A stretch of 64,000 nucleotides of DNA, taken from positions 16,492,001 through 16,556,000 of the forward strand of contig CM022677.1 of NCBI GenBank assembly GCA_012295275.1. Reading direction: 5' to 3'. The notes below the pieces were generated by a model. It did not search any database, was not told where the DNA came from, and saw nothing but the letters and a program-made list of their open reading frames with translations. Origin of the DNA: Chrysomallon squamiferum (taxonomy: Eukaryota > Animalia > Mollusca). The stretch's first letter is position 1. Every line of letters starts with the position of its first letter. The translations under genes and the position numbers were made by a program. Shown here piece after piece: positions 63,188 through 64,000 of this stretch.

Positions 63188-63379
63188 GGATATTTATTCA
63201 TTAATATTACTGTACTAATCCTGAAATATTATATTAAACTGAAGAAATCTTTTTTAAATAAAAAAAAAAAACATTATAATAAACTCTCCCTTTACTAAAA
63301 TACTTTGACCCCTTTATTTCACTTATTTATATCGAACCTTCAGTCAAGGAGACAGGAAATGATGATGATTTAAAATCAA

Positions 63380-63944
63380 AATGCAGTGAGTTATTTCCCT
63401 TTATCATAATGAATTAACTACCCCTACATTTCACAGAGCCAAGGGCAAAAGACCAAGATTGATTTAAATTGAAAGTTTAAATTATTTGGTTGATTTTCAA
63501 ACAGAGGTTAGGTGTATTCAAATATGTTATTGCAGTAAATTATCTCCCTTTATCATAATGAATTATCTGCCCATTTGTGTTTCACTAAGTTGTGCAAAAA
63601 TACTGAAGATGTCATCTGAACTTAAATGTTATGGTTTATGGCTGATTTTCAAAACAACTGAATAACATTAGATCTGTTCAAAAAATACCACTGGATTCAG
63701 TTATCTCCCTTTATTGTAATAAATTATCTCTCCTTGCATTTTATATACTTCCAATCATCATGGTTGGGCAATTTTTAGTGTTACGATATCTAGATGGAAA
63801 TGACCAAATGATAAACAATGAAAAAGTATAATGAGTGATCTCCCTTTGTCACAAACGGGAGTTATCCACCCTTGTGCTGCACTGACCCACCTCTAGGAAA
63901 ATGATGACGACGAAATGAAACGAAGTATTAGAAACGCATTTAGC

Positions 63945-63986
<42 letters not shown>

Positions 63987-64000
63987 GGTGATGAGTTATC
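63380..64000. repeat. Degenerate ~135-160-bp tandem repeat carrying AGTTATCTCCCTT-like motifs
   Basis: Motif variants at ~63389, 63538, 63699, 63833 and 63993. Related motifs occur at 53754-53940 and, reversed, at ~11585-11600. Confidence 0.65.

Noticed and set aside
63860-63900. Possible further SMAD4 linker exon after a minus-strand TTCCTAG
   Set aside because: No recognisable SMAD4 peptide or convincing donor, and it lies within a repeat.

Overview
AT-rich, microsatellite-dense eukaryotic (animal) genomic DNA. A mollusc or other lophotrochozoan is my guess from composition and repeat motifs, but it cannot be proven here. Almost all ORFs in the supplied track are simple-repeat artefacts. 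Reading splice sites by hand gives four spliced genes. (1) An ADAM10/Kuzbanian-like metalloprotease (+, ~11.95/14.27-24.16 kb) with one U12-type AT-AC intron and one GC-AG intron. (2) An SPPL2-like intramembrane aspartyl protease (+, 25860-37714) with apparent frameshifts in two exons. (3) A CRAL-TRIO (alpha-TTP/clavesin/CRALBP-like) lipid carrier (+, 42520-46139) with a perfect DR5 element in its putative promoter. (4) The 3' part of SMAD4/Medea (-, 53942 to beyond 61200). The most striking oddity is in SMAD4: one MH2 exon is present only as a corrupted remnant (56708-56857), next to a ~1.1 kb tandem array whose ~84-bp unit is that exon's own splice acceptor plus its first codons. Similar duplications of exon edges occur at two SPPL2 exons and a SMAD4 donor. 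Also seen are a candidate antisense spliced micro-gene inside an ADAM10 intron, a TACTAAC array, a TA-flanked MITE and several hairpins. Some lesions may be assembly errors.
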